DNA of 63,122 bases, the filler included, from Octopus bimaculoides (taxonomy: Eukaryota), in the NCBI RefSeq assembly GCF_001194135.2. It is 4 parts of 3 records of this genome, joined end to end, with 100 filler letters (N's around TTAATTAATTAA, not from the genome) between each part and the next. Parts side by side here need not be neighbours in the genome. Positions count along the whole stretch, not along the records: positions 1 to 23,472 come from NC_068993.1; 3 more parts are not named here. One strand, given 5' to 3'. A program made the translations under genes and the position numbers. The notes beneath the pieces were generated by a model. The model saw only the letters and a program-made list of their open reading frames with translations. It was not told the origin of the DNA and searched no databases. Shown here piece after piece: positions 1 through 11,071 of the stretch. Within the stretch, counting starts at the first letter, position 1, and the number at the start of each line of letters is the position of its first letter.

Positions 1-34
1 GCTGCTACACCAGTCATTGGGTATGACTCCTTCG

Positions 35-120
35 TGTATCACCTGGTTCGTAATACGGGTGACTGTATCACCTGGTTCGTAATACGGGTGACTGTATCAC
101 CTGGTTCGTAATACGGGTGA
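35..120. repeat. Tandem repeat, 3 copies of a 29-bp unit (TGTATCACCTGGTTCGTAATACGGGTGAC)
   Basis: Units start at 35, 64 and 93; identical, the last lacks its final base; no spacers. Confidence 0.95.
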
Positions 121-727
121 AGATAAACAAATGGAATTAAATACTACATACGTTAACAAAATTAAATTAAATACAAAAAAAACGAAAACAAAACACAAAA
201 AAAGAAGTAGGTATAAACACATGAACAAATAAATAAATAAAAACAAAAATAAACGAACATGTATTAACAGAGGATATAGATAATACAGGCACTCCCCATA
301 CACACACATAGAGGGATACGCATGCGTAGACACATACAATAGGAATACAAAATCGCTGATAGTTAGCAAGGTGGGACACACATAAGAAAGAAGAAAGCAA
401 AGGACCACTGATGAGGTCACAGAAGTGTGACGAAAGAATTCTGGCCGAAATAGGATTAATGTAATGTAATGTAATATAAAGCTGAAGCAAATTAACACCA
501 AATATACAGTGCGTGTGTTTTTATTGGCTAAACTGGCAATATGACCATCCCCAAATACAACATCTGTTTCAACACACGATTTCACATCAAAAATCTTGCA
601 AAACAAATATATAATAATTATTATTATTATTATTACTATATAAGTACATGCATGCACACACACACATGCATGCACACACACACACACACACACACTCACA
701 CATGAACACACACACAAACCCATAGCT

Positions 728-1680
728 CATCATCATTACCATTATTTAATGTCCACGTTCCATGCATTGTGCTCCAGTGTGTGCTTTGGCTTGGTTTCTG
801 CAGCTGGATGCCCTTCCTAGTGCCAACTACTTCACGTCATGTACTTGGCACATTTGTCAAAACACCAGCGCTAGTGAAGTTGCCACGCAGATTGCAAGAC
901 TAAGATCCCTTTCAACTAAGTGGGGCTGCATTAGAGAGGAAAATGGCTTTATGAAAGGAGACAAGGGATTGAAAATTGAGAGAAGAGACTAGAACAGGTT
1001 TCTTGCTGTAGAGGGGCTACATGGCCACTCATGTTATAGAAGAGACAGTGGGAGCAACCAGAGGTTGTGTTGGAAAGAAATAAAAATAGTGATAGTGAAG
1101 TGTCAGGGTTGACCCTCAAGATATGAGGTGAGTAGAAGAGAGCAGGTGACAGAAGAACAGAGATTATGGATGTGTAGAGGTAGCAAGAATGTATGGGAAA
1201 AGTGAGGGCTGGTTAGAGTGACGGATAATATGTAGGGAAGATAGGAGAAAATAGGTGACAACTATAGAGATTGGGTAGGTTTGAGGGATAGGTGTAGTAA
1301 ACTGTGGATAAATGGTGGTGGATGATAATAATATATATGAGTTTTTGGAAGGTAGGGGAGAGTAGAGTATGACTGAGAGCACAGAAAATGTGGGTGAAGA
1401 GAGCAGAAGAGAAATAGTGATATAGCAGACAAGAGATGGAGGTGATCGTAGTGGGAATGTCTTGAGGAGGAAACTGGGTGAGGAGGCCTGTTGTGCATAA
1501 TATATACTTTAGTGTGCTTCCAGAAACTCAATTACACCAAGATAGGCAGGTCTTCTTGAGAACAGCATATTGCCAGTCATCCCAGTCCTTTGTCATCTCC
1601 TCCATGAGGTTTGAGATCTGGAGGTCAGCATTCATTATGTCATCCCATTTCTTCCTGGGCTGCCCTGTTTCATAAGCTCC
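728..1680 (-). mobile_element. RTE-clade LINE 3' remnant (ORF C-terminus plus 3' region/tail)
   Basis: Minus strand 1545-1680 reads GQPRKKWDDIMNADLQISNLMEEMTKDWDDWQYAVLKKT, matching the RTE C-terminal GRPRKTW...DRDxWR pattern. 728-870 has the CATCATCAT...TTTAATGTCC...GGATGCCCTTCCT motif typical of RTE-derived tails. Assignment of the GA-rich middle part is uncertain. Confidence 0.65.
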
Positions 1681-2139
1681 ATTTACATTAAGTATTTAGT
1701 ACTTTTTTATACAGCTGTGCCCATCCATATGCACCACTGGCCCACTAATCTAGCTTCTTTTATGTCCAGTTTTCTCTCAACACATTTGTACTCTGTCATT
1801 TATACACATTTATATTGCACATATAGGTGTGCATACTAGCTTCATATCTTTCCTTTCTTCTTAAGTTATCTGTATTCAAGAGCCAGATTTTTCTACCTAA
1901 AACTCTAATGCTGCAGCATTAAGACAAGTTGATTCTGACATAGGCTGCCATGTAAAGGCTGTAGAGTGCATGGAGATAAACCAGCAGTTGCTGACATGGT
2001 AATGACACGATGCAAGATTGGTTTAATTGAAATGGATGAAACAATTGTAAACTAAGCAATAAACACAATTTTCTAACTCCATTCTTCAATACTTTCTTGT
2101 TGTGTATGTGTGTGTGTTTGAAGCCCTGAAATGCATTAT

Positions 2140-2586
2140 AGAACAAGTAGAAAGATGCATTTTTCAACGCGTAAATACTGATAGAACAGTATATATAGGA
2201 TAAATCCTTTTTTAGAGCAGAATAATTTTTCAGTAACCAGCCATGAAGAACGAACTCACACCCCTCTGATATCCAGTCAGAATGCTCTACCTTTAAGCTA
2301 AACTGCTGACCGACAAATTCTTCTACAATTTTAGAAGTTATAAAGTCATCAAAGAAATGCTAGATGATATATAAATTACGTCATATGTAAACAAACATAA
2401 GTTTGTTTTTGAAGATTTGAAATGTATTAAAGAACAAGTAGAAAGATATATTTTTCAACACATAAATACTGATAGAACAGCATATATGGGATAATATCCT
2501 TTTTCTGCGCTAATAAAAGATGTTATCCCATATATGCTGTTCTATCAGTATTTACATGTTGAAAAATATATCTTTCTACTTGTTCT
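2140..2586. repeat. 64-bp motif present as a direct repeat (2140-2203, 2431-2494) and an inverted copy (2523-2586)
   Basis: AGAACAAGTAGAAAGAT...GGATAA read directly; 2431-2494 and the reverse complement of 2523-2586 differ at 2 positions. Confidence 0.9.
2235..2314 (-). mobile_element. Degenerate tRNA-like (SINE head-like) sequence
   Basis: Minus strand AGCAGTTTAGCTTAAAGGTAGAGCATTCTGACTGGATATCAGAGGGGTGTGAGTTCG has A-box-like and B-box-like motifs, but no intact acceptor stem is evident. Confidence 0.5.
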
Positions 2587-2832
2587 ACAATATATGTTAG
2601 TATATGTATGTGTGTGAGTGTGTATATATATATATATAAAAACACACATGTACATATACTGATGCGTATATACTTTTATATATTTTTATATATAAATACA
2701 TACATACATATAAGATGTATATATTCATAAGATGTATATATTCATAAATACATACACCCATATGCACATGCACACACACATACACACACACACACACGCA
2801 TACACACACATACACACACACACGCATACATA

Positions 2833-3160
2833 CAGGGTGTTCAGGACAAATTTGGCAGTTTGTGTAAAAGGAAAAGTAAACAATATGCCCCCACCCCACC
2901 CCAAAAAAAATATTCTAAGAAATCAAAAAATATCAACTAGATTATGGTTGGGAGATAACAATTTACTTAAAGTAGTTGCCCTCAGCTTCGACCATGGCCT
3001 CAAGATGGCTTCAGAACCAGGCACCTGCATTTCTCACTGTGTCCTTGGAAAGATCTTTGAATATCTCTTTGACCTTCACCACCAACTTGGCCTTGGCATT
3101 GTAGGCAGAGTGGTTGGTATCCTTCTCAACTGTGCCCCACACATGAATCCTGCAAAAGCT
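2833..3160 (-). mobile_element. Tc1/mariner (maT/DD37D-like) transposon 3' end remnant
   Basis: Starts TA|CAGGGTGTTC (TIR-like). Homologous to 51179-51565. Minus-strand translation ends in ...EAEGNYFK*, like the maT-type C-terminus. Confidence 0.7.
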
Positions 3161-3169
3161 ATTACTATT

Positions 3170-3420
3170 TGATACCTTGCCAAAACACCTGAAAGATCAA
3201 CATGGAGTAGGTGTAGATGTGTCCAAGAAACAACTTGACCTTTTGTCCAAGGTCCCAGATGAACCTACATCACAGTAAGAAACTCAAAAGAGGGCAGTAA
3301 TATCGAACTCTCTCCTTCACCAAATGCCAATCATAAAAGAATGGTTATTGAAAAGGTGCTAAGACTGGCAATGCTTGAGCATGGCCACAGTTTTTGAGCT
3401 CAAATGCACAAAAAAATATA
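3170..3420 (+). mobile_element. CR1-clade LINE 3' end fragment
   Basis: Reads LPKHLKDQHGVGVDVSKKQLD..SKVPDEPTSQ*ETQKRAVISNSLLHQMP, resembling the C-terminus of invertebrate CR1 ORF2. Confidence 0.65.
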
Positions 3421-3599
3421 TGCATGTATGTGCATATGTGTACATGTATACTTATGTGTTGGGTTTTTTTTTTTGAAGACATCTAGTTCTACCAATTATT
3501 TCTCTCACCTATGGTACCAGTAACTATTGAGCATATACAACTTGCTGTATTGAATGGTATGTTCCTTTTTGTATGGGAAGGGTGGCAAGATCTAAAATT

Positions 3600-3980
3600 T
3601 AAATACTAGTGTGAGTCTGTGTCGTAGATGTAGAGATCAGTTGTGACTGTCTTATTTTCCTTAATTATTAGAATGTTCAGAAAAAAGAGTTCCTTTCCAT
3701 TCGTTTCCATAGGGAATTGGATCAATTCATGAATGCTGCTTATTAATTTAAGGAATCTTGTATGGTCCTCCTTACTTTTATTCCAAAATATGAAGCAGTC
3801 ATCCAAAAATCTTAGGTTTGGAACTGATGATCAACAGTAGTTCTGGACAGAGCATATCCTTTTCCTTCCAAGTACTCCATTACAAGAGTCACAAAAGTTA
3901 GTGTGATTTTCATCCTCATGGCTGTCTTAGTTGTCAAAGAAGTAGTTGTTTTCCAGTACTAACTGCAATCCTTCATGTAT
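3600..3980 (-). mobile_element. Penelope-like element reverse transcriptase fragment (pseudogenised)
   Basis: EGLQLVLENNYFF...TAM followed by DDCFIFWNKSKED...IQFPMETNGKELFFLNILIIKENKTVTTDLY..TDSH, matching the PLE RT pattern (RYxDD..F; F(T)ME..LPFLD; TDxYxKxTxSHxYL). Confidence 0.8.
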
Positions 3981-4059
3981 AAATTCTTTTGGGAATCTCT
4001 TCTAAATTCTTATTCTTTGATGATATTGGTTTATCCAGAACTCTATCTATCAACACATA

Positions 4060-4095
<36 letters not shown>

Positions 4096-4097
4096 CT

Positions 4098-4420
4098 CTA
4101 GAAGAAGCAGTCAAAATGATCAAAACCACATTTAAGTGCAATTTTGAAGGGAATGAAAAATAATAACTTTTACCTTGTTATTTCTTTATGATCATACCTA
4201 GGTTTCGAGTTTTATTTAGCAAATAAAATAATTTGCTAGGCGAAATTCTCATCAGTGACCACGCCATAACATTAACATATAATTTAGAAACAAATAACAT
4301 GTGTCTCTTCATTATATATTGTAATTTTTCAAATTCACCGTGCAAGTGCAAATTCATTCGAAATTTCTCTTTGAAATTGCTCTTAAATGTGGTTTTGATC
4401 ATTTTGACTGCTTCTTCTAG
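4098..4420. repeat. 47-bp inverted repeat pair (4098-4144 / 4374-4420) next to the PLE RT fragment
   Basis: CTAGAAGAAGCAGTCAAAATGATCAAAACCACATTTAAG(T/A)GCAATTT on both strands, 1 mismatch. Confidence 0.9.
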
Positions 4421-4820
4421 TGTGTAAAGCTGTTTGTTAAAGGCAGCTTCACTTGTGTTTAAATGTATACTATTTTATATTGAGAATATGTTGTCCATTG
4501 ACTTTTTTTATATACATATATATATATACACAGACACACACACACACACANNNNNNNNNNNNNNNNNNNNNNNNNNNNNNNNNNNNNNNNNNNNNNNNNN
4601 NNNNNNNNNATATATATATATATATATATATATAAGCAATGTTAATTCTCTAAATGAAGTATTAACAGTAACTGCACGATAAAGTGTAGTATATTGCCAC
4701 TTAAGTGTGGCTGACCCCTAGGGGTGGATGTTACTGTTGCTTTTAGCCCCAGGAGGCTAAGCAACAGTATACACAAATATATATACACAAATATATATAC
4801 ACATATATATATATACACAG

Positions 4821-4857
<37 letters not shown>

Positions 4858-4988
4858 CACACATATATATACATATATATATATACACACACATATATAC
4901 ACACACATATATATATATACATATATACACATATATATACATACACATATATATACATACATACATACATACATATATNNNNNNNNNN

Positions 4989-5079
<91 letters not shown>

Positions 5080-5241
5080 CACACATTGGTGGGAAGATGA
5101 CTAAGAACGATACTTAGAATAACGTAGAGGAGAATGGTGAGAGCATGAGAGGAATGGAGCAAATGCTGTGGTCAGTGAAGCCAATGTGGCACCAGGCAAC
5201 CTGGCCAATCCAGGTGATGTATACACACACATGTATATATA

Positions 5242-5275
5242 CTAGCTGAATACCCTGTTGTTGTCAGGCAATTTT
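5242..5275 (-). mobile_element. Degenerate Helitron-like 3' terminus
   Basis: A|CTAGCTGAATACCCTGTTGTTGTCAGG resembles the intact end at 47921 (CTAGCAGAAATACCCGGCGTTGCCCGGG), with the CpGs decayed. Confidence 0.5.
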
Positions 5276-5859
5276 TATAGTAGAATGTCTTATATAAATT
5301 TTTATTTATTCCATGTCAGAGCATGCCTTCCACATCAGATAGGCCTCTTAATCAGGACAGATTTGAGCAAATTTTCGCCAAAAACTTTGTTGAGGATTTT
5401 TTCCCCTTTTAAATTATTTACATGTCTGTTTGACTGTTTCACATGTCTGTTTGACTGTTTCATTAAAACTTCAGAACTTTAGTCATCGTAATGCTTTGCT
5501 TTCATTTGTTTAATAAAAATTCCTCCTCCTAGTGATTTTGCTTTCATTTCTTGATAGACACCTATCATGCAGAAAATGCCAGCTTCCAAGTCCTGTTTTC
5601 TGATTAGGTAATAATTTATTAACCTTTAAACCTCAGTAACATTTTTCTGCAACTTTTCTGGAACAAATAAATAACAAAATCGGATTTAACATAGAAAATT
5701 ATTCCAATATACCAAATTTGGAAATTTTTATGTAATTTTAAAATCTCATATTAAGTGACAGCAACAGGGAAGACCCCACAAAAGTAGAGAGACAGACAGT
5801 TATAGGATGTGACACACACACACACACATTTACAAATGTACACACAGGTAATCATGAGA

Positions 5860-7500
5860 GAGGCTAACATACATCAACACAGCCTCCTGTCACCCAGCCA
5901 TCATGTTCAAGAACCTGGTAAAGGGTGTTACTAAGAGGATCACGAGCCTTTCCTCCAACCAAGAGGCTTTTGATGCAGCAGCCCCATACTACAACAAGTC
6001 CCTGGTTGCCAGCAGATTTAGGGACCACATCTACATGCTGGAACCCAACAGCCACAGAAGGAAGTGCCACAGAAATACAATTTGGTTTGCCTCCAACATC
6101 CCCCTTAACACAATAACGCCCATAGGTAGACTATTTCTTAAATTAATTGACAAGCATTTCACTAGCTCTCATAGGTACAGGCTCATTTTCAACAGGCACA
6201 ATGTTAGAGTCTCGTTTAGCTGTGCCCCCAATATTAAGAGCATTCTAGTTAAGGAAGAGGCAGGTTGTTCATGCAAGGACCACAACAGTTGCCTGGTAGG
6301 AGGCCACTGTGAAACCAAAGGGGTCGTCTATCAAGCTGAAATACTAGTAAACCCTGGCAATGCCACCCACAGAATAGCAGCCGTAAACATGAAAACAGAG
6401 CCAACACCACCACCACCATTGCCACAGTTGGCAGCATTAGAAACATTAGCAATGACAGCACCAGCGACAGCATTAGCAGTCCTCCCAACAGCAACATCAC
6501 TAACAATAACAACAACAGAAGCATCGCCATCAGCACCAGCCTTACCAATAGCTTCCCTAACATCCACAGTAGCAGACCTGACAACTCCTATAGCAGCAAA
6601 AGGTCCAATGCCAACAGCAGCTATAATGGCAATAACAGCAGCAGCAGCAGCGACAGTGGCCCTAACAAAAACACCAGTGGTACCACAGCTAATGACACCT
6701 CTAGCAGCAGCAGTAACTTCACCACCATTGACGGAGACCGCAATAACGACAACAATATCAACAACAGCACCTTCACCATAACTGGCAGTGGTGATTTCAT
6801 TACTGACGCCACCACCAGCAACCTCAGCTCCAACAGCAACAATATCAGTGACAGCAGCAGCAACAACAACAGCAGTAGAAGCAACTGTAACAGCAATAAC
6901 AGCAACAGATGCAGCACTAGCAACACATGCCCACGGAGATACATTGGATGTGCTGGAAATTCTCTTGACCAATGAGCTTCCAACCTCAGACCCTCCTTCA
7001 GAGTTCCAGAAAGGAGATACATAACATACCTGGCCAGTCATGTCTGGCAACTAAGAAATAGCATCCCATACTCGATCTCATGGAAAATGTTTGAGACCTC
7101 AAGCCCCTACATCAACGGGATAAAGCATTGCAAGTTACGCATAGCAGAACACACAAGAATCCTAAAAGACTTGCTCAAACCAAGGAGCATCCTTAACCAC
7201 AGATTGGAGATTTTCAGGCCATCTTTACATTTTAGGAAATTCCTGCTAACCTTTTGGAGCCCACAAAATGGCAGCACAACTGGAAGTTGATAGCCAATGG
7301 CAAAAGGTATATAATCTCTTATTGTTTACCTTTGTAGTGAGGCTTTGCCCCTTCCATATTTTGAAGAGGTCTTAGGCCAACAGGTTTTGGGGTCTGATGA
7401 TACACCATAAAGCTAATCCCTTTATGGACGGGAAACCCAAGGTAATCCCATAAATTGGTCTTCCCCACTTTTAATATATTAATATATACTGCTCTACATC
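5860..7500 (+). mobile_element. Penelope-like element 3' half: RT thumb region, Cys-rich linker, GIY-YIG endonuclease (disrupted) and 3' terminal region
   Basis: YINTASCHP..FDAAAPYYNKSL..RNTIWF..IGRLFLKLIDKHF..IFNRHNVRVSFSCAPNIKSI..CSCKDHNSCLVGGHCETKGVVYQA; later RRYIG (YIG at 6940-6948) and HVWQLRNSIPYSISWK..PYINGIKHCKL..LNHRLEIFRP. Stops and a frameshift are present. Confidence 0.85.
7388..7450 (+). ncRNA. Type I hammerhead ribozyme-like motif at the PLE 3' end
   Basis: Stem I TGGGGT(7388-93)/ATCCCA(7445-50); CTGATGA 7394-7400; stem II CCATAAAG/CTTTATGG; GAAA 7432-35; short stem III ACC-CAA-GGT; GTA cleavage triplet 7442-44. The base of stem II is mispaired. Confidence 0.7.
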
Positions 7501-7569
7501 TTAGAGAGGGCTTCTTCTCTGGATTTATGTTTTCTACAAATGATACACACACACACATACACACACATA

Positions 7570-8125
7570 TTGGGTTGAATCATAAATAACTTCCAATTTT
7601 GTTAAACACCTATACTCATGAAAAAATTTTACAAAGAATTATTTTCAATTATCAGTATAGTTGCCATTATTTCGAGTGACTTTTTGCCATTTATCAGATA
7701 GCTTTTTGATTCCTCTTCAGTAAAATGCAGCTGGCTTCAACATGAAGAAGCTTCCCACCTGATCTTCTGGAGAAAATTTTTTCACCATCAGAACATTGTG
7801 TAGAGAGTGCAAAAGATGGAAATCAGTTGGTGCAAGGTCTGATGAATATGGTGGATGGGGTAGAACAGCCCAAATCCAATATTTTATCCTGTGTGATTCT
7901 TGCTGAATGAGGTCTTGTGTTATCATGGAGAAGCACAATGTTTCTCCTACTGATGAGTGCGGGATGTTTTCTTAAAAGATTTTCATGCATGTGCTGCAGG
8001 CGTTGAGAGTATAAGTTGGCATTTAGTGTTTGATTGTGGTCTAAAAACTCAAAATGCATAATACTTCAGTGATCCCACCATACACACAACATAATCTTCC
8101 TTCCATGAAGCTCAGCCTTTGAGGT
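7570..8125 (-). mobile_element. Mariner (DD34D) transposase remnant with right TIR
   Basis: KAELHGRKIMLCVWWD..MHFEFLDHNQTLNANLYSQRL..LLHDNTRPH..WAVLPHPPYSSDLAPTDFHL; end TA|TTGGGTTG. Frameshifted. Confidence 0.9.
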
Positions 8126-8149
8126 AGGTTGTGTTGATGAGGATCCAAC

Positions 8150-8795
8150 ATCAGCAGCTAAATGCAAAAAGCATGCACAGAGTCCTAATATCATCATAAC
8201 ACATAACTGGACAAAAAGTCCAGGAAATTTATCAGTAAAAACCCTGAAAGGTCAGTCAGGCAAAGGACCTCAAAATTTCAGAATCTGCTATCAGAAGAGT
8301 TGCGCATAAGGACATCCAGTACAAGTCATATGTGATGGAGAGGGGTCAGTTAATGTTGGATGTGACAAGAGAGAATCATGCAATTCATGCAATGCACTTG
8401 CTAAACAAGTGAAAACTCCAAAAGGCTGGAGTGCTTTGATCTTTCTCTGATGAGAAAAATCTTGGTCAGGAGCAAAAGGTAAACTGAAGGAACAACAGAT
8501 GGTGATGGAGAGACCCAAATGAGGTTCCATCGGTCATATATGCTAAGTTGCCAGCAACTGTGATGATTCTGCCTTCTCACTTTTTTTCCCAGAGCTTCAT
8601 ATTCAATGCCACCATCTACACAGTTGGAGAAAGTTGTGAGACCCTCGATAGACAGATATCCAATGGAAGACTGTATGTCATCTAACAAGACTCTGCACTC
8701 TCTCATATGGCTAGGACAACCCAAGTGTGAATGTCTCAAGCTCCATGATCATGTACTCCCAGACACATGGCCTCCTAGTGCGCCTGACATCAAAT
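8150..8795 (+). mobile_element. Tc1/mariner maT (DD37D-like) transposase remnant
   Basis: Across frameshifts: DIQYKSYVMERGQL..FSDEKNLGQEQKVN*RNNRW..DPNEVP..KLPATVM..QDSALSH..HDHVLPDTWPPSAPD. Confidence 0.8.
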
Positions 8796-8839
8796 ATATA
8801 CACACGCACACACATACATATATATGCATGGATATAAAG

Positions 8840-8874
<35 letters not shown>

Positions 8875-8929
8875 GTAAAGATATATGGGTGTGTGTAAAT
8901 ATATGTATGTATAGGCATGTATGTATATT

Positions 8930-9050
8930 ACAGGGTTTTTTTTCTGTTTCCATTTACCAAATCTACTGACTTTGGTCAGCCAACAAGTTGCAACACATGA
9001 TGGTTGAACCCATGTGGCTTGAGAGCAAACATCTTAACCACACACACATA
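8930..9050 (-). mobile_element. Degenerate tRNA-derived SINE head fragment (OK-like family)
   Basis: TTTCTGTTTCCATTTACCAAATCTACT...CCCATGTGGCTTGAGAGCAAACATCTTAACCAC matches the family at 42862-43270. Confidence 0.6.
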
Positions 9051-9229
9051 CATGTGTGCACTAAGACACACACACACACACCTTCAACCTGCCCTTTACT
9101 CTGAAGGAAACAATTGTATGACACTTGTGTTAGAACAGCTATGGGCATGGCAGTGGGACATGTGTCTTGAATGCGGGGGAAGACAGGAGAAGACTGAAAA
9201 GAAATGAAGTGTGCATGCTCCATTATATG

Positions 9230-9530
9230 TGCCATGCAAGTGTGCACGAGTGTCACATTGCAAATGTCAGATAAAAACTAGGCACAAAAGGAATCAGATG
9301 TAATAATGCAAATATGAATATTGCACTAGGATGGACATGTGACGTGAAGGGATAAGGACAGCTACATAAATGAATGCAAGATAGAACTTGCAGAAGAGGG
9401 AAACCCAGGAAAATATGGGATTAAGTGACGAAGGCTGATGTCAGGACCTTGAACCTCACAAAGAAGGTGACAAATGACCAGGATTACTGGTGATATGCAG
9501 TTATCAAAACGATCTGCCAACCACAACAAA
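9230..9530 (+). mobile_element. RTE-clade LINE ORF C-terminal fragment
   Basis: GHV...GKPRKIWD*VTKADVRTLNLTKKVTNDQDYW*YAV. Confidence 0.65.
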
Positions 9531-10748
9531 ACTGAGTTCTGGAAGCTCTCTCTCTCTCTCTCTCTCTCTCTTTGTGGTTATTGCCAGGAGTTAAAGCTTT
9601 ATCTAAAATCATCAGTTACTCGCTTATGTTGTGAGCCCCTAAAAGCTAGTGTTTAGCTCCATTTACATGATGTGAAGCAAATGAGAAATAAAATCTCCCA
9701 GATAAAACTCAAGTCTCTTGAAGCTAACATTTTATCTAAAATTTGGACCTACATTTTATCTAAAACCTGAAATACTGTCGGAATTTCAAAAAAATTCCAG
9801 TAAATTTAAACTCGTCACTCACATTACTTTTGTTTGTTTGCCAGAATAAAAGTAGTAATAGAATTTATCTTATGTTCAAATTCCTCCATAGTTGACTTTC
9901 ACATTTATGAGAGTTGATAGAGGATTAATAGTACAGGTTGCATTTTGCATTTTAACCAGATATTTCATCTTACGTACAGGGACCATTTTAGTTGATTATA
10001 ATGACATATTTCTATAAAGATTAGTCTAATCAGAACAAATCAATATTTCAGAAAGAATAAAAGAAGTAGAGCAATTTGTTTTGTCTTATAGCACAACACA
10101 ATAGTTGTAGTAGTCTTTGCATTTATAACCATATAATCAGTAATCCAGAATCTTAAATTCCAAGGCCCCATTATTTAAGTCAGACTATGATAATATATTT
10201 TGTACAAAGAAAGGACCAATTTTGTCCAAATGCAAGCTTCAGTTAGTTCAAGAAATTATCGATAATTTAAAGATTTGTAAAAGAGAAAAGGTCAAGTTAG
10301 TTTAGTTTGGATGAGAGTAAAGGCAGTGTGATACTTAAAAATTCTAATCCAACTCAATACCAAATCCATTGTATATACTGACCAAAGTATAAAAATAATT
10401 ATCCTTACATCAAATAAAGTGAGGATCGTTTTGATATTGTCAAATGAATCACAGTAGCAAAGAGTAGATTATCCATCATATCTATTTCCATCTTAAAGAG
10501 ATTGAAGAAAGTAAGGAGAGTTCAAACTTAATCTGCCATGCTTTCTTTGTTAGTCAAGACAATACAGTTCTCTCTGCCTCTGAAGGCAATCTACCCACCT
10601 AGCTCTCTGGCAAAAATAAAAAAGTTACAATAACAGTTATTCTTTATATTGTAACAAGAAAGATTTTTACCTGCTATGTATTTTTTCAAGTTTCTATATC
10701 AGTGTTCATTTGGTCATTTTCCCAAACCATATTCACTTTTCTTGTGAA

Positions 10749-11071
10749 GGCACATGGCTTGGTGGTTAGGGGTATTCAGTTCACAATTATAAGGTCGTGA
10801 GTTCCATTCTCAGTGGCATGTTGTGTCCTTGAGCAAGACACTTTATTTCACATTGTTCCAGTCCACCCAGCTGAGAAAAATGAGTTATATTTGTTAATTG
10901 AAAGGGCATGTCTTGTCACATTCTGTGTCATGGTGAATCTCTTTGAGAACTACATTAAGAGTGTGCACGTTTGCTAAGTGCTGAGCCACTTACATATCAA
11001 TTTCATGAGCAGGCTGTTCCATTGACCAGATCAACTGAAACACTCATCATCATAAACAACGAAGTGCCAGT
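10749..11071 (+). mobile_element. tRNA-derived SINE with a TGTGTCCTTGAGCAAGACACTT central domain (V/Meta/CORE-like; superfamily not resolved)
   Basis: A-box-like TGGCTTGGTGG, B-box-like GAGTTCCATTC, conserved central motif, and 3' tail GATCAACTGAAACACTC...GTGCCAGTT. Confidence 0.7.

Noticed and set aside
35-120. CRISPR-like repeat size (29 bp; also 37-38 bp at 12241-12402)
   Set aside because: No unique spacers, no cas genes, eukaryotic context.
2235-2314. Functional tRNA gene
   Set aside because: A/B-box-like motifs are present but I cannot fold an acceptor stem; it lies in a repeat, so it is more likely SINE-derived.
5903-6781. 292-aa ORF as a mucin-like or novel host protein
   Set aside because: The N-terminal 150 aa are Penelope-like element protein; the Thr/Ala/Pro tail comes from low-complexity sequence. 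The overlapping minus-strand 239-aa, 133-aa and 111-aa ORFs are shadows of the same repeat.
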